DNA of 64,000 bases from positions 320,001 to 384,000 of the forward strand of contig CBDCVK010000002.1 in assembly GCA_965223005.1 (NCBI GenBank), given 5' to 3'. The notes beneath the pieces were generated by a model. The model saw only the letters and a program-made list of their open reading frames with translations, was not told the origin of the DNA and searched no databases. Of this stretch, positions 1-10,478 are shown one piece after another (the first letter of the stretch is position 1; the number at the start of each line of letters is the position of its first letter). This DNA comes from Terriglobia bacterium. Its GTDB lineage: Bacteria > Acidobacteriota > Terriglobia > JAJPHL01 > JAPKYU01. The translations under genes were made by a program, and so were the position numbers.

Positions 1-347
1 TCGGCCCAGGTGTAGAGCGGCGTGATGGCCCGGCCCTCCGCGCCGACTCCCACCATGCTGTGCCAGAAGGTGCAAAGCGCCACGGCGGCGACGCCGTGGT
101 TGGCTACCGCCTCGGCCCCGAGCTCCAGCAGCCCATCCATCAGGCTGCAGATGCTCTCCAGGAGCTGGTCGGCATCCAATTCTGCCGCCCCTTCTGCGCT
201 GGTTCGAACCTGGTATTCCTGTCTCGCCGAAAGTTCCTCGAGCGCGCGTCCCAGCCGATCGTAGAGCAGCCCGCGGGCCGAAGACGTGCCTACGTCCAGT
301 GCCAGCACCAGAGGCGGTTCCGCCTGATTCGGAAGTACGAGCGACAT
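1..347 (-). CDS. FGGY-family carbohydrate kinase (gluconokinase-like), N-terminal part; runs off the window start
   Basis: Manual translation from ATG at 347: MSLVLPNQAEPPLVLALDVGTSSARGLLYD...ALCTFWHSMVGVGAEGRAITPLYTWA. It has the DxGTSS phosphate-1 motif and FGGY-type HS/TW motifs. Not in the ORF track. Confidence 0.85.
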   Translation of the reverse strand, partial: MSLVLPNQAEPPLVLALDVGTSSARGLLYDRLGRALEELSARQEYQVRTSAEGAAELDADQLLESICSLMDGLLELGAEAVANHGVAAVALCTFWHSMVGVGAEGRAITPLYTWA

Positions 348-555
348 GGTAAACCGACATTGTACTCTGCCCCGCAGGCCAGCGCACCCACGGCAGTCAG
401 GTGGCCCGTCAGGACCAGATTTAGTTCAAGAAGGAGGCAGACGGCTTCCCCATCTCTGAGTCGCTTCAAGATCTTGCGGTATTCTCGAGCATCTTGCTGT
501 ATCCTTTCTTGTCCCCAGGACCGCCACTACAGGAGTATGCAGAAAGGAGACCCGA

Positions 556-1164
556 ATGTCCTATAAACTCCCCGAGCTCCCGTACGCGTTCGACGCGCTG
601 GAACCATACATCGATGCCAGGACGATGGAAATCCATCACGGGAAGCACCACGCGACTTATGTAAGTAATGTGAACGCAGCTCTTGAGCCTCAGTCGGAAC
701 TGCAAAAGAAATCCATCGGCGAACTGGTTGCTGATCTGAACAAGGTGCCGGAAGGGATCCGCACCGCCGTCCGCAACAACGGGGGTGGTCATTACAACCA
801 CTCGCTCTTCTGGGCGGTCATGAAGAAGGGCGGGGGAGGCGAGCCCAAAGGCGACTTAGCCCAGGCCATCAACTCCACCTTCGGTTCCTTTGCAGGCTTC
901 AAAGAGAAGTTTTCCGGAGCGGCCAAAACTCGCTTTGGTTCGGGTTGGGCATGGCTGTATCTGGCGGGTGGGAAGCTGGTCGTAGGTTCCACGCCCAACC
1001 AAGACAGCCCCTTGATGGAGGGAGGAGCACCTATCCTGGGTCTCGACGTTTGGGAACACGCCTACTACCTCAAGTACCAGAACCGTCGACCTGAGTACAT
1101 CGAGGCTTGGTGGAACCTCGTCAACTGGGATCGGGTTGCGGAGAACTACGCGGGGGCAAAGTAG
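556..1164 (+). CDS. sodA: Superoxide dismutase, Fe/Mn family (Mn-type signature)
   Basis: [41 protein letters not shown] and DVWEHAYY motifs; AAGGAG SD upstream. Confidence 0.95.
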   Translation: MSYKLPELPYAFDALEPYIDARTMEIHHGKHHATYVSNVNAALEPQSELQKKSIGELVADLNKVPEGIRTAVRNNGGGHYNHSLFWAVMKKGGGGEPKGDLAQAINSTFGSFAGFKEKFSGAAKTRFGSGWAWLYLAGGKLVVGSTPNQDSPLMEGGAPILGLDVWEHAYYLKYQNRRPEYIEAWWNLVNWDRVAENYAGAK

Positions 1165-1188
1165 CCGCAGGAATGCCAGCCCCTTGAC

Positions 1189-1875
1189 CTATTTCTTTTT
1201 CTTTTTTTTCTTGGGTCGCTTTTTCTGCAGGTCCATGCCTTCGGGTTCCTCCAGGACCGCCAGGTAGCGGGTTCCACCGCTCTTGGCAAGCCAGGCACCG
1301 ACCGTCTTGCCCACCACCTCTTCCAGCCGGGGAAAGTTGTCAATTGGCGGACCGGCCCGCTTCCATACCGAAGGCGCTCCCACCAGGTATTCTTTTTCCC
1401 CCCGATCCGTCTCCAGCGTGATCTCCCGCTGGCCGCGGACGGGCTTGGTCACGCGATAGACGCGCCCGCTGGTGTAGATCATCTCCGTCACCCGTCTGTT
1501 GCCGCTGCCGTCCGGCCCGGAATAGCTGATGCGGTTGGTGCGCCGGTTGATGGTGTAGTGGTTGCCACCGGAGGTGAACACGATCCGGTCAGCGTCCATG
1601 TGGCCGGAGTCGATGGGGAAAAAGTCGTGCCGCTGAATCCACCCGGTCACCGTTGTCCCAGATCCTGCATTCGTCCCGGCATCGCTGGAGCTTTCCAACA
1701 GGATGGTGGTCCCAATGGTCTTTCCCTCTAGGGAGACAATGCCTTCGTAAACGATGTGCTGTCCGGGCCCGGCCGCCGGGGTCTGCCCCGGGGATACGGG
1801 CGCTGCCAGTGCCATTAGGGCCGCAGCGAGCAGAACCGCCGGCAGGAGTATCCACAAACAATTCAGCCGCTTCAT
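1189..1875 (-). CDS. Hypothetical exported protein with lysine-rich C-terminal tail
   Basis: MKRLNCLWILLPAVLLAAALMALAA signal peptide from ATG 1875; ends KKRPKKKKKKK; TACCAT -10-like hexamer 6 nt upstream. Confidence 0.65.
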   Translation of the reverse strand: MKRLNCLWILLPAVLLAAALMALAAPVSPGQTPAAGPGQHIVYEGIVSLEGKTIGTTILLESSSDAGTNAGSGTTVTGWIQRHDFFPIDSGHMDADRIVFTSGGNHYTINRRTNRISYSGPDGSGNRRVTEMIYTSGRVYRVTKPVRGQREITLETDRGEKEYLVGAPSVWKRAGPPIDNFPRLEEVVGKTVGAWLAKSGGTRYLAVLEEPEGMDLQKKRPKKKKKKK

Positions 1876-1969
1876 ACGATAATGGTACACCAGTGCGGTT
1901 GCGGTTGTCCGACTGCTCGAGGCCGTATAGTGGGCCGTCGGTGGAGCAGTAGGGAGAAAGAGGGAACGT

Positions 1970-3271
1970 ATGCGGGTGGTGGTCCTGGGAGCGGGCTTCG
2001 GAGGTCTGGAGGCCGTGGCGCACCTGGAGTCGCGTTGGCGGGCGCGCCGTGATGTCACCCTGACCCTGGTCAGCGATCAGAACTACCTGCTATTCACCCC
2101 GCTGCTTCCTCAGATTGTTTCCTGCTACATCGAGCCGCGCCACATCATTCAGACGGTTCGCGACGTCCGGCGCCAGCGCCGTTTTGACTTTCGCCGGGAA
2201 GAAGTCGCGGCGGTGAACTTGCCCGGCAAAAAGCTGCGGTTCCGCGACGGCGGCGAGATGGAGTACGACTTTCTGGTGCTGGCGCCGGGCAGCGTCACCG
2301 ACTACTTCGGCATTCCCGGGGCAGCCGAGCACTGCTTTCCCCTGAAGGCGTTGGAAGGAGCCATCCAGCTCCGCGACCGCCTGCTGGACCTGTTCGAGCA
2401 CGCCGATCACGAGCCGGACCCGGAGCGACGGCGCCGCCTGCTGCGCCTGGTGGTCATCGGCGGCGGCTATACAGGCGTGGAGACCGTCGCCGAACTGCAG
2501 GACCTGATCTTCGGGCACGTGCTTCGGCGTTACCGGGGCATCTCCCCGGCCGATGTCCGCTTGCTGTTGGTGGAAGCCAGTCCGAACATTCTGGCTGGTG
2601 TCGACCCCCGGCTGGCCCGGCGCGCCGCGCGGAAGCTGGAAGCACAAGGGATTACTGTGCTCACCTCAACCGCGGTCACGCGGTGTCTGCCTGAGGCAGT
2701 GGAATTGAATGGCAGCCGAGTGGAGCCGGCTGGGCTGATGATCTGGACTGCCGGGGTTCGTGCGCACCCTCTGGTAGAGACCTTGCCCGGACCCCACGAC
2801 CGTCTTGGCCGTGCTGTGGTCAATCCCTTTCTGCAATTGGAAGGGCATCCGGAAGTGTTTCTCATCGGGGACAATGCGGTGGTCGCGGGTTGGCCTCCGG
2901 AGCAGTCGCCGCGCGTGGCGCCCCTGGCAATCGTCCACGGACGGGTGGCGGCGGAGAACATTCTGCGGCTTGCGGACGGCGCTTCGCAGCAGGGATTGTT
3001 CGCCGTGGATTTTCAGCCGCCGGGCTACCTGGTTTCGCTGGGCATGAACGACGCCGTTGTGGACCTGATGGGGATTCAATTCAGCGGTTTCCTAGCCTGG
3101 CTGTTCTGGAACGCCGTGCACCTGTACAAGCTCGTCGGCTTGAAGAAGCAAATTCAGGTGGCCCTGGACTGGTCGCTGGCGTCCCTGTTCCCCAGGGACA
3201 CCACCATCATCCGCAGGCCCGTGGGATGCCCCATGTGCGGTCCTGCACCTCCTAATCCTCCCGCTGTCTAA
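1970..3271 (+). CDS. ndh: Type II NADH dehydrogenase-like NAD(P)/FAD-dependent oxidoreductase
   Basis: Two Rossmann motifs (VVVLGAGFGG; VVIGGGYTGVE), LFTPLL, WTAGV, FLIGD, C-terminal AWLFWNAVHL membrane helix. Confidence 0.85.
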   Translation: MRVVVLGAGFGGLEAVAHLESRWRARRDVTLTLVSDQNYLLFTPLLPQIVSCYIEPRHIIQTVRDVRRQRRFDFRREEVAAVNLPGKKLRFRDGGEMEYDFLVLAPGSVTDYFGIPGAAEHCFPLKALEGAIQLRDRLLDLFEHADHEPDPERRRRLLRLVVIGGGYTGVETVAELQDLIFGHVLRRYRGISPADVRLLLVEASPNILAGVDPRLARRAARKLEAQGITVLTSTAVTRCLPEAVELNGSRVEPAGLMIWTAGVRAHPLVETLPGPHDRLGRAVVNPFLQLEGHPEVFLIGDNAVVAGWPPEQSPRVAPLAIVHGRVAAENILRLADGASQQGLFAVDFQPPGYLVSLGMNDAVVDLMGIQFSGFLAWLFWNAVHLYKLVGLKKQIQVALDWSLASLFPRDTTIIRRPVGCPMCGPAPPNPPAV

Positions 3272-3358
3272 TTTCCCTGACAGAACCGAGGCAGGGCAGC
3301 AGCATCATCGGAAGGACCACGGACCGGAAAGGACTAGGGAAAGGAGTAGAGGCGCAAA

Positions 3359-4624
3359 GTGAAGGGTCCTGGAGAAGGCACCGAGGCACTGGCGCATGAC
3401 AACGGACTTGGCGCTGTTCCCAATGCCGAGCAACTTTTGGCGCGGCGGCGCAATGTTCCGGCGCTTGGGTTTGCCAGTTTCTTCAACGACACCGCAACCG
3501 AGATGGCCTATTGGCTCCTGCCGCTTTTCCTGGTGGGACCGCTAGGCGCCGGCCCGGCGGCCTTGGGCTGGATTGAAGGAATTGCCGAGGCTTGCGCCAA
3601 CTTCTCACGGCTGCTGTCAGGTTGGTGGACCGACCGGGTGGGTCGCCGCAAGCCCTTCGTAGTGGCGGGCTACGTGGGGGCCAATGCGGTGAAGCCGCTG
3701 CTGGCCTGGGCCGCAACACCGCTTCACGTTCTGACGATTCGCACCACCGACCGATTTTCCAAAGGAATCCGCACAGCGCCGCGCGACGCGATGCTGGCCG
3801 AATCCGTCGAGCAGGCTCGGCGGGGCTCTGCCTTCGGCTTTCGTCAGGCGATGGATTCGGCAGGAGCCATCCTCGGTCCCTTGCTCGCTTTACTGCTGCT
3901 GCGACATCACTTTGATCTGCGAATGATCTTCCTGCTAGCGGCGATCCCCGGCGCCCTGAGCGTGCTGGTGGTGGTCTGGGCGGTGCGCGAGACAGGCCCC
4001 GGCCGGAGGCAGGCTCCACAACCAGCAGGGCACGCCGATCCGCCTTCTTCCGAGCGCCTGCCCCGGCGGTTTCGCTGGTTGCTGCTGGCCGTAGGGGTGT
4101 TTGCCCTGGGTAATTCCAGCGACCTGTTCCTGGTGTTGCGTGCGCACGAGTTGGGTATGACGTCCTGGGCTCCCGCGCTCGGCCTGGTGTTCAACCTCAC
4201 CTACACCTCGCTGGCCTGGCCGCTGGGCCACCTCTCGGACCGCCTGCCCCGAAAATGGCTGCTGGCTGGGGGCTACCTGGTGTTCGCGTGTGTGTACGCC
4301 GGGTTCGCTCTGGTCGAGGCCCCCTGGCAGGTTTGGACGTTGTTCGCTTTCTATGGCTTGTACTACGCCCTGTCCGAAGGGGTGCTGAAGGCGATGGTGG
4401 CGGACGTCGTTCCCGCGCACTTGCGAGGACAGGCTTATGGGATTCTGGCCTCCGTCAACGGGTCCCTGGTGCTGGCTGCCAGCCTGATTACCGGGCAACT
4501 CTGGGAGCGCTTTGGGCCCATCGTGCCCTTCGCGCTGTCGGCCGCCCTGGGGATGTTGGGGGCTTTGCTGGTGCTTTTCCTGCGCCTAGGCAGTGGGGAG
4601 CAAGACCGGCCTGGCGCAACGTAG
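3359..4624 (+). CDS. MFS transporter
   Basis: About 12 hydrophobic helices; motif A (GWWTDRVGRRK; GHLSDRLPRK); RTAPRDA...RGSAFGFRQAMD. Confidence 0.9.
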   Translation: MKGPGEGTEALAHDNGLGAVPNAEQLLARRRNVPALGFASFFNDTATEMAYWLLPLFLVGPLGAGPAALGWIEGIAEACANFSRLLSGWWTDRVGRRKPFVVAGYVGANAVKPLLAWAATPLHVLTIRTTDRFSKGIRTAPRDAMLAESVEQARRGSAFGFRQAMDSAGAILGPLLALLLLRHHFDLRMIFLLAAIPGALSVLVVVWAVRETGPGRRQAPQPAGHADPPSSERLPRRFRWLLLAVGVFALGNSSDLFLVLRAHELGMTSWAPALGLVFNLTYTSLAWPLGHLSDRLPRKWLLAGGYLVFACVYAGFALVEAPWQVWTLFAFYGLYYALSEGVLKAMVADVVPAHLRGQAYGILASVNGSLVLAASLITGQLWERFGPIVPFALSAALGMLGALLVLFLRLGSGEQDRPGAT

Positions 4625-4663
4625 TCCGACTGCCAGCATAGTCTAGCTGCCAGCCTAACTGTG

Positions 4664-6130
<1,467 letters not shown>

Positions 6131-6306
6131 GTTGCATTGTACCACGGCGGCAGGCTACCAACAGGCTACCAAGGGGCAGCACGGCAGATCGTAGAGGCAG
6201 CGACGAAGCGCAGGTTCCGGGAGAAAAAGCCGGAGGCCCGCGTGCGCCTTGCAGGGCTGCACAGGCAGCGGTACAATATTCGCAGGAAAAGATCCGGGAG
6301 AAGCGT

Positions 6307-6618
6307 ATGGACAGGGCAGCTCAAAACATACAGGATTCCTTTCTCAACGCGGCGCGCAAGGAGAAAACGCCAGTCGCAATTTACCTGGTCAGTGGCGTCA
6401 AGCTGTCGGGAAGGATCAAGAGCTTCGACAAATATTCGCTGATCCTGGAGACCAGCAGCCAGGAGCAGTTGATTTTCAAGCACGCGATCTCGACGGTGGT
6501 GATGACCCGGACGCATGCGTCTGTGCCCACCCCGCCGGCTGCCGAGACGCCGGAGCAGCCCCATCCGACGCCATCCAAAGTCGGAGTGACCGAGGGCGCC
6601 GAAGTGACCGAGGGCTGA
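6307..6618 (+). CDS. hfq: RNA chaperone Hfq with Pro/Thr-rich tail
   Basis: NIQDSFLN...[19 protein letters not shown]...[10 protein letters not shown] Sm1/Sm2 motifs; upstream of hflX. Confidence 0.95.
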   Translation: MDRAAQNIQDSFLNAARKEKTPVAIYLVSGVKLSGRIKSFDKYSLILETSSQEQLIFKHAISTVVMTRTHASVPTPPAAETPEQPHPTPSKVGVTEGAEVTEG

Positions 6619-7940
6619 TTATTCGCTCCAACAATCCGCAAAATGATCGTCGCCACCTGGACGCGCAGCAGCGGGAAAAAGCGATCCTGATCGGCTTGAA
6701 GCTGAAGCGCCCTCGTAGGGCCGCGGCCACGGCCGATGTTTCCGCTGAGGAGTCTCTGGCGGAATTGCAGCAATTGGCCGGCAGCGCCGGAGCGCAGGTG
6801 CTCCATGCCTCACTCCAGGCGCGGGAAACTCCCGAACCGGCCACCCTGATCGGCGGTGGCAAACTTCAGGAGCTGGCTGGCCTGATCCCCGCCCTTTCCG
6901 CTGACGTGGTCATTTTCGACCACGATCTGTCTCCTACCCAGTTGCGCAATGTGGAGCGGAAGCTGGAATGCAAGGTGGTGGACCGCACGCAGCTCATCTT
7001 GGACATTTTCGCTCGGCACGCCCGCACGCGGGAGGGCCAGCTTCAGGTGGAACTGGCGCAGTTGAACTACCTGCTGCCGCGCCTGACCGGCCGAGGGACG
7101 GAGATGTCGCGGTTGGGCGGCGGCATCGGAACACGCGGGCCGGGCGAGACGCAGCTAGAAATGGACCGTCGCCGCATCCACCACCGGATCAGCCGTGTAG
7201 AGGAGGCTCTGGAACGTGTCCGCGCTCAGCGCGCCCGCCAGCGCAGCAAACGGGCGTCGGTGCCCCTTCTGCCTGTAGCTCTGGTGGGCTACACTAATGC
7301 CGGCAAGTCCACTCTGTTCAACCGGCTGACCGGCGCCGGGGTGTACACCTCGCCGAAAATGTTCGCCACGCTGGACCCCACACTTCGGGCTCTGACTCTC
7401 CCCAGCGGACGACGCGCGTTGCTCTCTGACACGGTTGGCTTTCTGCGGAAGCTGCCCACTACCCTGATCCAGGCATTTCGCGCCACCCTGGAAGAAGTTC
7501 GGGAGGCCGCCCTGATCCTGCACGTCACCGACGCCAGTTCTGCTCTCCTGGAGGAGCAGGACCAGCACGTGGTGAAGGTGCTGGAAGAGCTTGGGGCGAG
7601 TGACAAACCACGACTTAGAGTGTTAAACAAGATTGACCTGCTGCCCCAGGAACAGCGCCACCCGCTGTGGATCGAGCCGGAAGGCTGCGCGCTCTCAGCG
7701 CTGACCGGGGAGAATCTGCCCGCTTTGCTGGAGGCCATAGATGCGCGGCTCGAAGCGGATGCGGTCTCGCTGGCGCGGTTCTCCTTTCCTCCCACTGCGG
7801 GGAGCGCGCTTTCCTTTCTCTACGACCATGCCCGAGTTGTGCGCCGGGATTTTGTCGACGGGCGAGTGCAGGTCGAAGCCGAAGTCCCCGCGTCCGTCTT
7901 GCAGCGCCTGAAGAAGTATGCCTTGGTCGAACTGGAATAA
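6615..7940 (+). CDS. hflX: GTPase HflX (start uncertain, probably non-canonical CTG/ATT between 6615 and 6657)
   Basis: [62 protein letters not shown]. Confidence 0.93.
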   Translation: MIIRSNNPQNDRRHLDAQQREKAILIGLKLKRPRRAAATADVSAEESLAELQQLAGSAGAQVLHASLQARETPEPATLIGGGKLQELAGLIPALSADVVIFDHDLSPTQLRNVERKLECKVVDRTQLILDIFARHARTREGQLQVELAQLNYLLPRLTGRGTEMSRLGGGIGTRGPGETQLEMDRRRIHHRISRVEEALERVRAQRARQRSKRASVPLLPVALVGYTNAGKSTLFNRLTGAGVYTSPKMFATLDPTLRALTLPSGRRALLSDTVGFLRKLPTTLIQAFRATLEEVREAALILHVTDASSALLEEQDQHVVKVLEELGASDKPRLRVLNKIDLLPQEQRHPLWIEPEGCALSALTGENLPALLEAIDARLEADAVSLARFSFPPTAGSALSFLYDHARVVRRDFVDGRVQVEAEVPASVLQRLKKYALVELE

Positions 7941-8030
7941 GACGAGCTCGAATAGCCTTCTCGTTCAGAACTTCTCTTGGTTCACTGGGTTCTCCTGTCC
8001 GGGAGATGCCCTTCGGGAACTGGTTTGCGG

Positions 8031-8075
8031 GTCTCCGCTTACCGGGTCTGCGCTTACCGTGCCTGGACTTACCGG
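8031..8075. repeat. 3 x 15-bp degenerate tandem repeat (core CTTACCG) between hflX and pgsA
   Basis: gtctccgcttaccgg / gtctgcgcttaccgt / gcctggacttaccgg. Confidence 0.7.
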
Positions 8076-8226
8076 GAGAGAAGGGCAGAACCGGGCCTGC
8101 GGTCACCTAAACCGAAGAGTTGGCCTGGCCCGGCGCTGTTACGGCTCTCCTAGGTCTTTCTCACGGCTAAGAGCGGTCGTTGCTGGTTTGGCGGCGGTTT
8201 GGTATATTGCGGGGTAAATCGGGCCA

Positions 8227-8832
8227 ATGAATCTTCCCAACGCCCTGACGGTTTCGCGAATCTTTCTGATCCCGGTCCTTCTTGCGGTGTTGCTAACGCG
8301 AAACCTGGTCCCGGGCAAAGAATTGTGGGCCAGTGCCATCCTGCTGATTGCAGGGGCCACCGATTCGCTGGACGGCTACTTTGCGCGCCGCCGCGATCAG
8401 GTCACCACGTTGGGCATGTTGCTGGATCCGGTGGCCGACAAGATGCTGATTTCCGCAGCATTCATTTCCCTTGTGGAACTCGGGGCAGTGCAGGCCTGGA
8501 TGGCGGTAGTCATCATCGGGCGAGAATTTGCCGTGGCTGGCTTGCGCAACATCGCTTCCACGCAGGGATTTACCATTCAGGCCTCCGAATTGGGCAAGGC
8601 CAAGATGGTGACGCAAATCATCGCCGTGATCCTAATTCTTTTAGGGTTGCGCGACGAGCGGATTAGCCTGCTCGGCACGGTCGCACTGTGGTTGGTGGTG
8701 ATCTTTGCAATTGCCTCGGCGGTTGGCTATTTTTACCGCTTCTGGCGGCAGATTGATCTGCGCGTGAAAGAAAGCATTCGTGGCCGGCAAGGCTTACTGA
8801 AGAGGCGCAAGAGCGATGGCACCGCCCAGTGA
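8227..8832 (+). CDS. pgsA: CDP-diacylglycerol--glycerol-3-phosphate 3-phosphatidyltransferase
   Basis: MNLPNALTVSR; CDP-alcohol phosphotransferase motif DSLDGYFARR...GMLLDPVADK; GKAKMVTQ. Confidence 0.93.
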   Translation: MNLPNALTVSRIFLIPVLLAVLLTRNLVPGKELWASAILLIAGATDSLDGYFARRRDQVTTLGMLLDPVADKMLISAAFISLVELGAVQAWMAVVIIGREFAVAGLRNIASTQGFTIQASELGKAKMVTQIIAVILILLGLRDERISLLGTVALWLVVIFAIASAVGYFYRFWRQIDLRVKESIRGRQGLLKRRKSDGTAQ

Positions 8833-9445
8833 AGCGATCCCGCCGCCGGCTGCCCCGGCCCTGCCCTCGCCACTAGGAGAAGAGGAGCGCAGGCGCCTGT
8901 TGCAGGTTGCCCGGCAGGCGATCGCCACCACGGTCCGTGAAAACCAGGTACCGCAACTGCACGATCCGGGAGGACGGCTCAGTATCTTTGCTGGCGTATT
9001 CGTCAGCCTCCACAAGCAGCAACAGCTACGAGGGTGTATCGGCCACCTCGCCGCACGCCAGCCTCTGTACCGCGCCGTGATTGAGGCAGCGACCTCGGCC
9101 GCACTTCATGACCCACGGTTTCCTCCATTGACCAGAGAAGAGTTGAGCGAGGTGGACATTGAGATCTCCATTCTCTCACCCATGACGGAGCTGGACTCCC
9201 AAATCGCCGAGGAGCGGATCGTCATCGGCCAGCACGGACTGATGGTTAGCCAGGGAAATTATCGGGGTTTGCTGCTGCCACAGGTGGCCGTCCAGTTCGG
9301 GTGGGATGCGCGGAAATTCCTGGAAGAAACTTGCTTGAAAGCCAACCTTGCCCCCAATGCCTGGTGTGCCGGGGTCCGGCTGGAGATGTTCACCGCTGAA
9401 GTCTTTGGAGAGACGAGTCGGGAAGCCTATTCCAATTCCACCTGA
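8816..9445 (+). CDS. AMMECR1-domain protein (AmmeMemoRadiSam system protein A)
   Basis: GVFVSLHK..LRGCIG, DPRFPPL, EISILS, GLLLPQVA, FLEETCLKA. Confidence 0.9.
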   Translation: MAPPSEAIPPPAAPALPSPLGEEERRRLLQVARQAIATTVRENQVPQLHDPGGRLSIFAGVFVSLHKQQQLRGCIGHLAARQPLYRAVIEAATSAALHDPRFPPLTREELSEVDIEISILSPMTELDSQIAEERIVIGQHGLMVSQGNYRGLLLPQVAVQFGWDARKFLEETCLKANLAPNAWCAGVRLEMFTAEVFGETSREAYSNST

Positions 9446-10380
9446 TCGCCCGCAAAAATTTCCCTCCGAGAAAAGGAGACCAGACCCGTAGCTGAGCGCC
9501 CTTCCACGTGCAGGATCACCAGTTCGCCCAGCACGCCGCGGGGCAGCCGCCGTTGCTCGAATCGGTTCAGCCGCAGGCCCATGCGCTGCCCCATGACGTG
9601 GGTCGGATAGCGGGGGTTGGTGAGGAGGTGCCCACCTGCCTGGCCCCTGAAGGACTGGACGAGATCGTCCGGGTGCGTGCTCCTCCGGTCCGAGTTTCCG
9701 AAGGGACGGAAGATCCGGTAGTTTTGGCCAATCGCCACGCCGTGGTTGCTGCCAATGTCTAAATAGACTATGTGGCCCGTCCCAATGAGGCTCGCGTATT
9801 CCTTCCCGGTCACGATGGTGCCTACCGTCCTGCCTGAAGCTGGCGCGAAACGGTCGAACCCGGCGGCCGGCTTTAGTGGCACCGCAGCTTTCACGTTGAA
9901 CGGAATCAGGAAATCCCCTGCGGAAATCGACTCGCAGGCACGCAAAACCGTGGCCGTGACCGACTCCCGATGCACGATATTGATCTTGATCCGGCCCACC
10001 TGCTTGTACATGGTGCCCAGCTGCTTCAGCATGCGCTTCTGCCCTGGGAAGGCTTCCTGCCTGATGACGTCGCGGGTGGGACGGTAGACAATGTACTCGC
10101 CGCCCGGGTTGACAATCCAACCCGTGCCTTTGCTCAGGTACACAATATCTCCGGTGGCGAATTCGTTCTGGTCTCCCGCCTCGTCGCCCGACATTACGAA
10201 CAAGCCTTTCTGCAGGACACGGTCGCTGATAAATCCAGAGCAGTAAAGCGAGTTGTACGCGCTCACCTCTCCCAACTCGGCAGGGGAAACCTGAGCCGGA
10301 GCCTGGGCCTGCCCGGGTGTTGTGCTGAGCAAACCAGCGCAAACCAACACCACAATCGCTATGGTTCGTGGCCGTTTCAT
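9427..10380 (-). CDS. Hypothetical exported protein
   Basis: Signal peptide; LYCSGFI, GDIVYL and VYLDIGSNHGVAIGQ beta-rich segments; overlaps the convergent AMMECR1 gene by 19 nt. Confidence 0.7.
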   Translation of the reverse strand: MKRPRTIAIVVLVCAGLLSTTPGQAQAPAQVSPAELGEVSAYNSLYCSGFISDRVLQKGLFVMSGDEAGDQNEFATGDIVYLSKGTGWIVNPGGEYIVYRPTRDVIRQEAFPGQKRMLKQLGTMYKQVGRIKINIVHRESVTATVLRACESISAGDFLIPFNVKAAVPLKPAAGFDRFAPASGRTVGTIVTGKEYASLIGTGHIVYLDIGSNHGVAIGQNYRIFRPFGNSDRRSTHPDDLVQSFRGQAGGHLLTNPRYPTHVMGQRMGLRLNRFEQRRLPRGVLGELVILHVEGRSATGLVSFSRREIFAGDQVELE

Positions 10381-10478
10381 GCCCTAGACAGTAGCAAACT
10401 GAAAGGCTTGCGTCAACGGGAGCCGGGGTTACTGGAAAGAAACTCTGGCTTATGCTAGCCTAGGCCAATTGGGCACAA

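Noticed and set aside
1189-1225. A/T homopolymer runs encoding the poly-Lys tail as a phase-variation tract
   Set aside because: They lie in the last codons of the gene, so slippage would barely change the protein.
6249-6614. N-terminal extension of the HflX ORF to 563 aa
   Set aside because: It overlaps hfq completely in another frame and has no HflX similarity.
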